A stretch of DNA of 23,694 bases from an uncultured bacterium (GTDB lineage Bacteria > Schekmanbacteria > GWA2-38-11 > J061): the NCBI GenBank assembly GCA_964549305.1, contig CAZJVM010000040.1, positions 1 through 23,694 of the forward strand, in the 5' to 3' direction. The notes beneath the pieces are model-generated. The model made no database searches, was not told where the DNA came from, and saw only the letters and a program-made list of their open reading frames with translations. The position numbers were made by a program, and so were the translations under genes. Below, in pieces: positions 15,960-23,694 of the stretch; within the stretch, counting starts at the first letter, position 1, and each line of letters opens with the position of its first letter.

Positions 15960-18900
15960 TTAAGCAATTTCACCGGCAGATGAATATTCGGCATTTGCCG
16001 ATTCTTTTGTTTCGCCCCTGTCCCCGGAGAGAGAGTCCTGCTCTTTATCTTTAAGCTTAACGGAAACAAGTTTCGATACGCCCACGTCTTCCATAGTTAC
16101 GCCGTAAAGTATGTCTGATATTGCCATTGTGCGGTTTGCGTGGGTAATTACGAGAAACTGCGTTTTTTCAGACATCTTCTTCAGAAACTTTCCCAGTCTG
16201 ATTACATTCGCTTCATCGAGAGGCGCGTCTGCCTCGTCGAGAAGGCAGAAAGGGCTTGGCTTTACAAGGAATACCGCAAAGAGAAGCGATATGAATGTCA
16301 TTGCTTTTTCACCGCCTGAAAGAAGATTGACATTTTGAAGTTTCTTTCCCGGAGGCCTTGCGATGACTTCGATTCCCGAATCAAGAAGGTCGTTTTCATC
16401 CTGAAGCTTTAATTCGCCTTCACCGCCGTCGAAGAATTCCTTGAATACCATATTGAAGTTTGAATTGATTTTATCGAATGTTTCTCTGAATAAATCCCTG
16501 CTCGTTTTGTTGAGTTTCCTGATTATCTGCTTGAAGGAATCAGATGCCTTTACAAGGTCCTCCTTCTGTTTTTCGAGAGTTTCGAAACGTTCATTTTGTA
16601 TTTCGTATTCGTTGAGAGCTTCGAAGTTGACAGGGCCTATTTTTTCAAGACGGCTTTTTGTCTTTTCAAATTCGGATTTTAAGGACTCCATGTCCGCTTC
16701 GGCAGAGGTCGAAATAATGTCATCAAGCGACGAATTTTTGAATCTGTCGTTGAAAAGCTCTTTCTGGTCGTTGTATTTCGTGAGAAGTTCGGTTTTTCTT
16801 CTGTCAAGGGCAGAAACTTTTTCAGAGATAGCCTCAAAATCGCTCTTGATGCTTTTTCTTCTGTTGTCGAGCTCTGATATTCTGTAATTCTTTTCTTCGA
16901 TTTCACGGGTTTTTAACTCGACACCTTTTCGGGATTCTTCCGCCTTCACGCCCAAACTCTCAATCTCTTTTTTCAGATTTACCGCTTCCTCTTCTTTTCT
17001 GACCAGAAGTTGCGATGATTCTTCTGCCATCTGTTGTTCGTTTTCCGTGCGCGAAACGAGGTCGTTTATGGAAGTCTTGTAATTTTCAATCTGAAAGGTA
17101 AGGCGTTTTTCCTCCTCGAGGTACCGGGCATGCCCGATTTTACATTCCGTAAGTTCCGATTGCGTTCTTTCATAATCTTCTTCCGTTCCCCCCATTTCTT
17201 CACTGCATCTTTCGATTTCCGACTGAGCGGCATTTATGCTTTCGTTAAGGGAATCAATTTTCTTTTTCAGACCTTCCGACTTTTCGACTATTTCGTTTTT
17301 CTCGTATTCAATCTGTTCGATGTCGAACTTAATCTCGTCGATTTTCTCGTTCATCCTGTTTCTTTCTTCGACCTTTATGGCAAGAGATTTGTCGCAGTTG
17401 ATGAGCTTGTCGTTAATTTCGCTTTCCTTTTCGGAAAGATTTTTAATTTCGTCATTGAGTGAAACAATTCTTTCGCTCAATTGTGAAATGACGGTTTTAC
17501 ATTCCTCCTCCTCTTTTTGAAAAAGGGCGATTTCTTCGGAAAGTTCTTTAATCTTTCTCTTCTTGAAGAGTATTCCTCCCTCTTCAACGGCGCCTGAACC
17601 GCCTTTGAGCAAACCTTCCGGAAATACCATATCACCTTCAAGGTCAACAAGCGTGTATTTGTGTCCGTTTTCCCTGTGCACTTTAAGAGCGGTCTGAAAA
17701 TCATTGACGACCATTATGTCTTTCAAGATGAAATCGATGAGTTTGCGGTGTTCACCTTTGCAGGAAACAAAATCCGATGCCTTTCCTATGACGCCTTCTC
17801 TCGACAGAAAACCGTTCGCGGAATCTTCGCAAGGTTGGGACTTGATATTTGCAGGCAGAAAGACGCATTTGCCCCCCTTTTTATCTTTCAGGTGAACGAT
17901 GGATTTTTCCGCGGTTTCCATTGAATTTACGATAACGCCGTCCATATAGTTTTTAAGGGCCGATTCAATGGCAATTTCGTAACCTTTGTTGACATCTATC
18001 ATTTCCGAAAGAGCGCCTTCTATTGATTCGCTTTGAGGCGTAATTTCATCTTTTGAGGAGAGAACGTTTCTCGGTCCGTCGGAAAGGTCTTCGTGGTTTT
18101 TGCAGAATTTTTCAAGAGATGAATGTTCCGAACGGGAAAGTGAAAGTTTCTCCTTTACCTGCGCGAGTTGTTCTTCACTTCCTTCTCTGTTCGATTCAAG
18201 AGTTTCAATCTCATTGAGCTTCGCGCTCTTTGTTTCCCGCAGAACTTCAATTTCGCTCTTCAGCTGAACCACTGCGCCTTCAATTTCCCTTATGCTTTCG
18301 TCGAGGTTTCTTTTCCTCTCTTCCGCTCCGCTCTTCTCATTGTTCAGTGCCGCTATTTTGTTTTCTATGGACTGAATCCTGAATTCGCCTTCCTCGACGG
18401 AGTTGCTGCAAGCGGCAATCTCGGTCTGCATTGACTGAAGCTTGTTTTTTTCTTCGTTTACGCGGGCAAGGCGCGCCGAGATTTCTTCCTTGAGGCGAGA
18501 AAGCTCCGATTCCTTATGGCGCACTTTTTGCTGTGCCTCTTCGATTTTTGAAGAAAAACTCCCCATTTCCTCTTCTGTTTCCCTGAGAAGTTTTTCCATC
18601 TCGTCCTTCTGCGCGTCATATACGGATATATTCTTTTTTGAACGCTCTTCCGAGTCGGTAAGATGGGATATTTCGTTCTTTATGATTTCGATACGGTTTT
18701 CAATCCGCCTTATGTCGTTCTCCACGCCGTAAAGGTCGTTGCGTTTGTCTTTGAGTACATTTTCTTCCGTGAGCGCTGTAAGACGCATCTCCTCTATACT
18801 GCTTTCAATCTTTGACAGTTCCGCGGATACCGACGACTTTTCGTTTTCGGCTTCCGTCAACTCTTTTTCCAGAGGAGTTTTTTCGTCTCTGATTTTTTTG

Positions 18901-19610
18901 ATTTCAAGGGCAAGCAGGGTGCTTTCGAGGTCTTTCAGGGAATCATTGAGGCGGTTATAGGCTTTTGTTTTTGATGCCTGCCTTTTAAGGGAGTTAACCT
19001 GTTTTTTAACCTCAATAACGATATCTTCAATTCTCTCGAGATTTTCCGCGGTTCTCTGAAGTTTCCTCTCTACCTCCTTCTTCTGCATCTGATATTTCTC
19101 GATGCCTGCCGCCTCTTCTATGAGGCGTCTTCTCTGTTCGGGCTGAGAGGTGAGCAATTCGTTTACCTGTCCCTGTTTGATAATAGAACACGCTTTCGTG
19201 CCAAGCCCTGTATCAAGAAACATTTCCGTGATATCTTTAAGGCGGCAGGGTATCCTGTTCATAAAGTATTCGCTTTCACCTGAACGGTAAAGGCGTCTTG
19301 TAAGCATAATTTCTGACATACTTCTGTAATGCTCGCCGAAGTCTCCGTTTTCATTGGATACTGTAAGACTTACCTCTGCCATACCGAGAGGTTTCCTGTC
19401 AACGGTGCCGTTGAATATGACGTCTTCCATACTTTTGCCGCGAAGATTTTTCGCGCTCTGTTCCCCCAAAATCCAGCTTATCGCATCGGAAACATTGCTC
19501 TTTCCGCAACCGTTGGGACCTACGACAGCGGTAATACCCGGCTCGAAAATCATTTCAGCTTTATCGGAAAACGATTTAAAACCTCTCATTTCAAGCTTTT
19601 CTATTCTCAA
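15960..19610 (-). CDS. smc: Chromosome segregation protein SMC
   Basis: GFKSF, Walker A GPNGCGKSN, long coiled coils around a hinge (EGLLKGGS), LSGGEK signature, LLDEADAPLD, ITH. Start reassigned to TTG at 19610 (AGGAG upstream), giving 1216 aa. Confidence 0.96.
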   Translation of the reverse strand: MRIEKLEMRGFKSFSDKAEMIFEPGITAVVGPNGCGKSNVSDAISWILGEQSAKNLRGKSMEDVIFNGTVDRKPLGMAEVSLTVSNENGDFGEHYRSMSEIMLTRRLYRSGESEYFMNRIPCRLKDITEMFLDTGLGTKACSIIKQGQVNELLTSQPEQRRRLIEEAAGIEKYQMQKKEVERKLQRTAENLERIEDIVIEVKKQVNSLKRQASKTKAYNRLNDSLKDLESTLLALEIKKIRDEKTPLEKELTEAENEKSSVSAELSKIESSIEEMRLTALTEENVLKDKRNDLYGVENDIRRIENRIEIIKNEISHLTDSEERSKKNISVYDAQKDEMEKLLRETEEEMGSFSSKIEEAQQKVRHKESELSRLKEEISARLARVNEEKNKLQSMQTEIAACSNSVEEGEFRIQSIENKIAALNNEKSGAEERKRNLDESIREIEGAVVQLKSEIEVLRETKSAKLNEIETLESNREGSEEQLAQVKEKLSLSRSEHSSLEKFCKNHEDLSDGPRNVLSSKDEITPQSESIEGALSEMIDVNKGYEIAIESALKNYMDGVIVNSMETAEKSIVHLKDKKGGKCVFLPANIKSQPCEDSANGFLSREGVIGKASDFVSCKGEHRKLIDFILKDIMVVNDFQTALKVHRENGHKYTLVDLEGDMVFPEGLLKGGSGAVEEGGILFKKRKIKELSEEIALFQKEEEECKTVISQLSERIVSLNDEIKNLSEKESEINDKLINCDKSLAIKVEERNRMNEKIDEIKFDIEQIEYEKNEIVEKSEGLKKKIDSLNESINAAQSEIERCSEEMGGTEEDYERTQSELTECKIGHARYLEEEKRLTFQIENYKTSINDLVSRTENEQQMAEESSQLLVRKEEEAVNLKKEIESLGVKAEESRKGVELKTREIEEKNYRISELDNRRKSIKSDFEAISEKVSALDRRKTELLTKYNDQKELFNDRFKNSSLDDIISTSAEADMESLKSEFEKTKSRLEKIGPVNFEALNEYEIQNERFETLEKQKEDLVKASDSFKQIIRKLNKTSRDLFRETFDKINSNFNMVFKEFFDGGEGELKLQDENDLLDSGIEVIARPPGKKLQNVNLLSGGEKAMTFISLLFAVFLVKPSPFCLLDEADAPLDEANVIRLGKFLKKMSEKTQFLVITHANRTMAISDILYGVTMEDVGVSKLVSVKLKDKEQDSLSGDRGETKESANAEYSSAGEIA

Positions 19611-19648
19611 TTTATAATCTCCTATGAAAAATATGAAGTATGCAATCG

Positions 19649-19678
19649 AGTATAAATGAGGTTTTTTGCCAATGTCAA
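19649..19678 (-). promoter_or_regulatory. Putative sigma70 promoter of smc
   Basis: Minus strand TTGACA-N18-TATACT, 38 nt upstream of the TTG at 19610. Confidence 0.6.
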
Positions 19679-19779
19679 GAAGGAATGCCATATGTTGGTG
19701 TTATTTTGCGGATACAATACATTATATTGTGGTTTTGAGGATTTTGGCTTTTTACGGCAGAACCGGGAAAAATCTCTTT

Positions 19780-21333
19780 TTAATCAATCCTGTAATGGCA
19801 TCCCCGGCTTTTCCTGTTTGACCTTGCCGCAGATAAAATAACGAGTGCGGATTGTATTCCGTTTCGAAGTCCTATCAGGTCATCTGAAAGAAGCGCATAC
19901 CTGTAAAACTCCTCTATTTCGTTTGTCAGTTCCGAGAAAATCCTCTCCGCCCGGGCAAGCCGTTTGCTTGAGCGCACAAGGCCGACATAATTCCACATAG
20001 TATGCTTAATCGTAAGCCAGTCCTGCATTATGAGGGCAGGGTCAACATTTTCTTTTTCGTGTTTCCAACCTTCTACTTTCGGATAATTGAAATTTTCTTT
20101 GCTTGCTTCGATTTTGCCCGCTATGTCTTTGCCCGCGATATGTCCCCACACGAGTCCTTCAAGCAGCGAACTGCTCGCAAGGCGGTTTGCGCCGTGAATT
20201 CCTGTGCAGGAAACTTCCCCTACTGCGCGCAGGCGTTTAATGGAAGTGCGCCCCTTGCCGTCAACGAAGATTCCCCCGCAAAGATAATGCGCCGCAGGTA
20301 CGACAGGAATCGGCTGTTTTGTAATATCGATATTGAAGGAGAGGCATTTTTCATAGATATTGGGAAATCTTTTTTTAATCCATTCAGATTTTTTTGTGCT
20401 TATATCGAGATAAACGCATTCGCTGTCATCTTTTATCATTTCTTCGTGAATTGCTCTTGCAACAATATCCCGCGGAGCAAGAGTGCCGAGTTTATGATAC
20501 TTGCCCATAAAGGGTTTACCTGATTTGTTTAAAAGCTTCGCGCCTTCCCCGCGCATTGATTCCGAGATAAGAAATCTTTCACCGTCGGGATGAAAAAGCG
20601 CCGTAGGATGAAACTGTATGTATTCCATATTGAGTGTGAGAGCGCCCGCTCTTTTCGCCATGGCGATTCCGTCACCCCGCGCATACTTTGGATTTGTGGT
20701 GTGAAGGAAAAGCGAACCCACTCCGCCCGTGGCAAGTATCGTCTCCTTTGCAAAAAGCGAAATCACCTTTTCCGCCTTTTGGTCAAAAAGATACGCGCCG
20801 AAACATTCCGGTTCGTGATAAATATCAAGGGGATTCTTTGAGTGATGTGAAAATGTGAGGAGGTCCACTGCGGTAAATCCCGCTTTGAGTGTTATGTTTT
20901 TTATTTTTTTTACTTTCTTTACAAGTGCCACTTCTATGCTTCTTCCGGTAAGGTCTCTTGAATGAATAATGCGCGGTACCGTATGCGCCGCTTCATCGGT
21001 GATGTGGTAGCCGCCGTCTTCGGTACGGTCAAAATCGACCTCGATTTCCTTCATAAGAATATTCTCGACGCATTTCGGCCCCATTGACGCAACCACATCG
21101 AGAGCGCTCGGATTGCAAAGCCCCGCGCCTGCGCGCTGAAGGTCTCTTTTAAAAATGTCGGGAGAGTCGCCTTTGCCCTTGTAGATTATTCCGCCCTGGG
21201 CGTAATAGGTGTTGCTTTCGTGAATTTCGGGACCGTTGCAGACAACCGTTACCTTCGCGCCCTTCGATGCCGCGCTCAATGCCGCAGTAAGACCCGCAAT
21301 TCCGCTTCCGATTATGAGAACGTCTGTCTTCAT
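19780..21333 (-). CDS. nadB: L-aspartate oxidase
   Basis: IIGSGIAGL FAD motif, YAQGGI, QFHPT, LISESMRGEG, LAPRDIVARAI, PAAHYLCGG, GIHGANRLASSSLLEG, SRGCHYR. Confidence 0.93.
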   Translation of the reverse strand: MKTDVLIIGSGIAGLTAALSAASKGAKVTVVCNGPEIHESNTYYAQGGIIYKGKGDSPDIFKRDLQRAGAGLCNPSALDVVASMGPKCVENILMKEIEVDFDRTEDGGYHITDEAAHTVPRIIHSRDLTGRSIEVALVKKVKKIKNITLKAGFTAVDLLTFSHHSKNPLDIYHEPECFGAYLFDQKAEKVISLFAKETILATGGVGSLFLHTTNPKYARGDGIAMAKRAGALTLNMEYIQFHPTALFHPDGERFLISESMRGEGAKLLNKSGKPFMGKYHKLGTLAPRDIVARAIHEEMIKDDSECVYLDISTKKSEWIKKRFPNIYEKCLSFNIDITKQPIPVVPAAHYLCGGIFVDGKGRTSIKRLRAVGEVSCTGIHGANRLASSSLLEGLVWGHIAGKDIAGKIEASKENFNYPKVEGWKHEKENVDPALIMQDWLTIKHTMWNYVGLVRSSKRLARAERIFSELTNEIEEFYRYALLSDDLIGLRNGIQSALVILSAARSNRKSRGCHYRID

Positions 21334-22460
21334 CGCCTTTTCCCTTTGTGATTGATATTGCCAGTTATCAATATATCGTTGCCTCTTCGGTTAATTTTTG
21401 AAATTTCGATTTTATACGCCGACGAAAGCTTTTTTATGCCGTCGCTTCCGATAAAACCCTTTGCCCTGTTTCCGCCGATTAAGATTGGCGCTAAAAATAG
21501 ATAAACTGTATCGACAATGCCTTCGGCAAGAGCGCTCGCGTTGATTTCCCCTCCGCCTTCGATGAGAAGCGATGTGATGTTTTCCCTGCCGAGTTTTTTT
21601 ATAAGGTCTTTTAAACTGATATGAGTTTTATCTTTTTTACAGAAAAGAATTTCAACGCTTTTGGCGGAAAACTTTTTTGCCTTCCTTCTGTTTGAAGCGT
21701 TGTCGGCGCAGGCGATAATGACGCGCCGTTTTCCGGCGGATTTAAAAACCTCCGACTCCGGGTTTGCCCGAAGATTGGTGTCCGCGATGACCGCGTCGGG
21801 AATGTGTTTTGCCTTTACAAGACGGCAGTCAAGAAGAGGGTTGTCCGCCTTAAGAGTTTTTGAACCGATTAATATGGCGTCAACGGACGCCCTGAGTTTA
21901 TGAACGAATTTCCTCGACTCAATGCCTGTTATCCATTTTGATTCCCCCGTCGATGTTGCAATCTTTCCGTCAAGGCTTGCGGCGCTTTTCATTATAACAT
22001 AGGGTTTTCCTGTGGTGATAAATTTAAAAAATACTTTGTTCAGCTCTTTTGCTTCTTCTTCGAAAATACCGCTTAAAACATCAATGCCCGCTCTTTTGAG
22101 CTTGTCTTTGCCCTTCCCGTTTACAAGGGGGTTGGGGTCGCCGCAGGCAAAAACCACTCGTTTTATTCCGGCTTCGATTATTGCGTCACAACAGGGTCCT
22201 GTCCTTCCGCTGTGCACACAAGGTTCGAGATTTACATAAAGAGTTGCGCTCTTTGCCTTTTTTCCCGCTCTGTCAATGGCAATGATTTCTGCGTGTTTGC
22301 CGCCTGCCGCTTTATGGTATCCCGTAGAAATGACTTTTCCGCCTTTCACAATCAAAGCGCCTACAAGAGGATTCGGGCTTACACTTCCACTTCCCTTTCT
22401 TGCAAGTGAGAATGTTTTCCTGACAAACGCGGTATCTTCCGGCAATATATTTTCAGTCAT
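21330..22460 (-). CDS. ribD: Bifunctional riboflavin biosynthesis deaminase/reductase
   Basis: PNPLVGA, HAE, LEPCVHSGRTGPCC (Zn deaminase), SLDGKIA, SKWIT, LLIEGG. 4-nt ATGA overlap with nadB. Confidence 0.95.
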   Translation of the reverse strand: MTENILPEDTAFVRKTFSLARKGSGSVSPNPLVGALIVKGGKVISTGYHKAAGGKHAEIIAIDRAGKKAKSATLYVNLEPCVHSGRTGPCCDAIIEAGIKRVVFACGDPNPLVNGKGKDKLKRAGIDVLSGIFEEEAKELNKVFFKFITTGKPYVIMKSAASLDGKIATSTGESKWITGIESRKFVHKLRASVDAILIGSKTLKADNPLLDCRLVKAKHIPDAVIADTNLRANPESEVFKSAGKRRVIIACADNASNRRKAKKFSAKSVEILFCKKDKTHISLKDLIKKLGRENITSLLIEGGGEINASALAEGIVDTVYLFLAPILIGGNRAKGFIGSDGIKKLSSAYKIEISKINRRGNDILITGNINHKGKRR

Positions 22461-22550
22461 ATTTTGAACTGTTTTATTAATGTAAAGATACTGCTTATTA
22501 CAATATAAAGGGTAAAAAGTAAATGATTCCGCGAAAAGGGCTTAAAACAT

Positions 22551-22579
22551 TTGACCTTAAAAAATGAAAGTTGTACCTT
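22551..22579 (+). promoter_or_regulatory. Putative sigma70 promoter for the ORF at 22634
   Basis: TTGACC-N17-TACCTT, with a GAGGAG RBS at 22621-22626. Confidence 0.4.
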
Positions 22580-22633
22580 TGATGAAATCATAAGCTTTAA
22601 AAGAGTGAAATTTGTATATTGAGGAGATAAAAA

Positions 22634-23149
22634 ATGGCTACAAGAGAAGAGATTGAAGAAAAGATTATCGATTTTCTTGAAGGCGGAGGTTATCTTGGCC
22701 TTGGCACATGCAAAGACAACATTCCCCGAGTGACTCCCGTTTCCTTTGAAAGCGACGGGATGACAATCTGGGTTGTGGCAGACCCGGGCGGCAAGGTTGA
22801 GAATATGAAGGCAAACCCCAATATCGCCGCGGCGGTTTATTCCAGAATGGAAGAAGGAGTGGAAAATATAAGTTTACAGATACAGGCGAAAGCACAGCTC
22901 ATAACATATGAAAATAACCGCGATGAATTTATGGACAGGGCGAAGAAGAGGGGAATGCTTGAACGTCTTGAAGAACGAAAAAACAAGGAAACAGGGCTTG
23001 TTTATTCGCCATATCAGAAAAAAGAATTGCCAATGGAAGACATTCTGAAACGCATCACTTTTTTAAAGATTGAACCGGATGAAGTGAATTATCTCAGTCT
23101 CGGAGGCCCCGGGGGAGGCCAGAAGTTCAAGTGGAAACGGAATGAATAA
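22634..23149 (+). CDS. Pyridoxamine 5'-phosphate oxidase-like (FMN-binding split barrel) protein
   Basis: LGTCKDNIPRVTPV, KVENMKANPNIA, LQIQAKA and FLKIEP match the split-barrel pattern. Strong RBS. Confidence 0.75.
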   Translation: MATREEIEEKIIDFLEGGGYLGLGTCKDNIPRVTPVSFESDGMTIWVVADPGGKVENMKANPNIAAAVYSRMEEGVENISLQIQAKAQLITYENNRDEFMDRAKKRGMLERLEERKNKETGLVYSPYQKKELPMEDILKRITFLKIEPDEVNYLSLGGPGGGQKFKWKRNE

Positions 23150-23558
23150 ATAGGCGGATTGCCTGCGGACAGTCTTCCCTTTGAAGCCAGGGGCAGGCGG
23201 CGCAGAGTTCCCTGATTTCATTTTCTTCCGTATTTTCGAGCGCTTTGATTATCGCGGACAGTTCAATTTCGTTACTGTCCTTATCAAGATTCAGTTTTTT
23301 GAGAACATTATTATCCATTGAGCGGGTTTTTGATTCGGAGTCTTCAGCATCTATACAGCAAATTGATTTTTTAAGGTGAGGGCACGCTGAACAGATGTCA
23401 TCAGGACCATCGGTTATTTTGATTTTTATGTTCTTTTCTTTTTTTATTCTTTCCTGCAGTTTTTTCAGATTACTGATAAATGCAGAATCATACCCTTTGC
23501 CTCTGAAAGCCAAAAGGCATAGAAGATGGTGTCCGCGAAGTTTCAGTTGGTTAGACAT
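23127..23558 (-). CDS. DUF1284-like Cys/His-rich putative metal-binding protein
   Basis: LRGHHLLCL..FRGKGY, DDICSACP, CAACPW...C. Its 3' end overlaps the convergent gene by 23 nt. Confidence 0.8.
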   Translation of the reverse strand: MSNQLKLRGHHLLCLLAFRGKGYDSAFISNLKKLQERIKKEKNIKIKITDGPDDICSACPHLKKSICCIDAEDSESKTRSMDNNVLKKLNLDKDSNEIELSAIIKALENTEENEIRELCAACPWLQREDCPQAIRLFIHSVST

Positions 23559-23626
23559 AAATATAAAAATATTAATTTTCTGTGATACTGTCCAATGAAA
23601 TTTAATTCAGCGCAATTATTATGCTT

Positions 23627-23694
23627 TGTCATTCCACGACTTGATCGGGGAATCCAGTTGTTGATGTTTTCCGGCTCATCCGGTCAAGCCGGAT
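23627..23694. repeat. REP/RPE-like palindromic doublet element (truncated at window edge)
   Basis: TGTC followed by hairpin ATTCCACGA-CTTGA-TCGGGGAAT (23631-23653, one mismatch), a spacer, then hairpin ATCCGG-TCAAG-CCGGAT (23678-23694). The two loops are reverse complements. Confidence 0.7.

Noticed and set aside
19611-19691. 27-aa N-terminal extension on SMC in the ORF track
   Set aside because: The region contains a near-consensus promoter and an AGGAG RBS before TTG 19610, and SMC homology starts at that codon.
5604-23598. Numerous 60-173 aa ORFs overlapping the main genes
   Set aside because: They lie within or largely overlap well-supported genes on the other strand or frame, and show no motifs of their own.
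1-23694. CRISPR array, tRNA, rRNA, transposase or integrase
   Set aside because: No spaced direct repeats, RNA gene signatures or recombinase motifs were seen, and the intergenic gaps are short.

Overview
Bacterial chromosomal window with three blocks. (1) Bases 1-4613 (minus strand) hold one uninterrupted reading frame that the supplied ORF track omits, most likely because its stop lies left of the window. Manual translation gives at least 1537 aa of an Rhs/YD-repeat protein with a Sec-type signal peptide, a Cys-rich N-terminal domain, a DUF6531-like domain, many YD repeats and the Rhs-associated core. An unusual ~167-aa insertion (a 50-aa K/R-rich tract plus a beta-rich domain) sits just before the core. 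The C-terminal cargo is outside the window. (2) Bases 4785-15927 form a surface-glycan locus: Wzm/Wzt ABC exporter, NDP-sugar epimerase with a CxxC/CxxC insert, B12-binding radical SAM enzyme, Pol-beta-like nucleotidyltransferase, alkaline-phosphatase-superfamily/GT2/coiled-coil fusion, an orphan membrane protein, and a divergent WecA/TagO-like transferase plus GT4. (3) Bases 15960-23558 are mostly housekeeping: smc, nadB, ribD, a PNPOx-like protein and a DUF1284-like protein. A REP/RPE-like double hairpin lies at the right edge. The two best candidates for new biology are the Rhs protein's polybasic insertion and the nucleotidyltransferase + phosphodiesterase-GT2 + radical SAM glycan-modification cassette. 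All family calls come from motif recognition by eye; no database searches were run.
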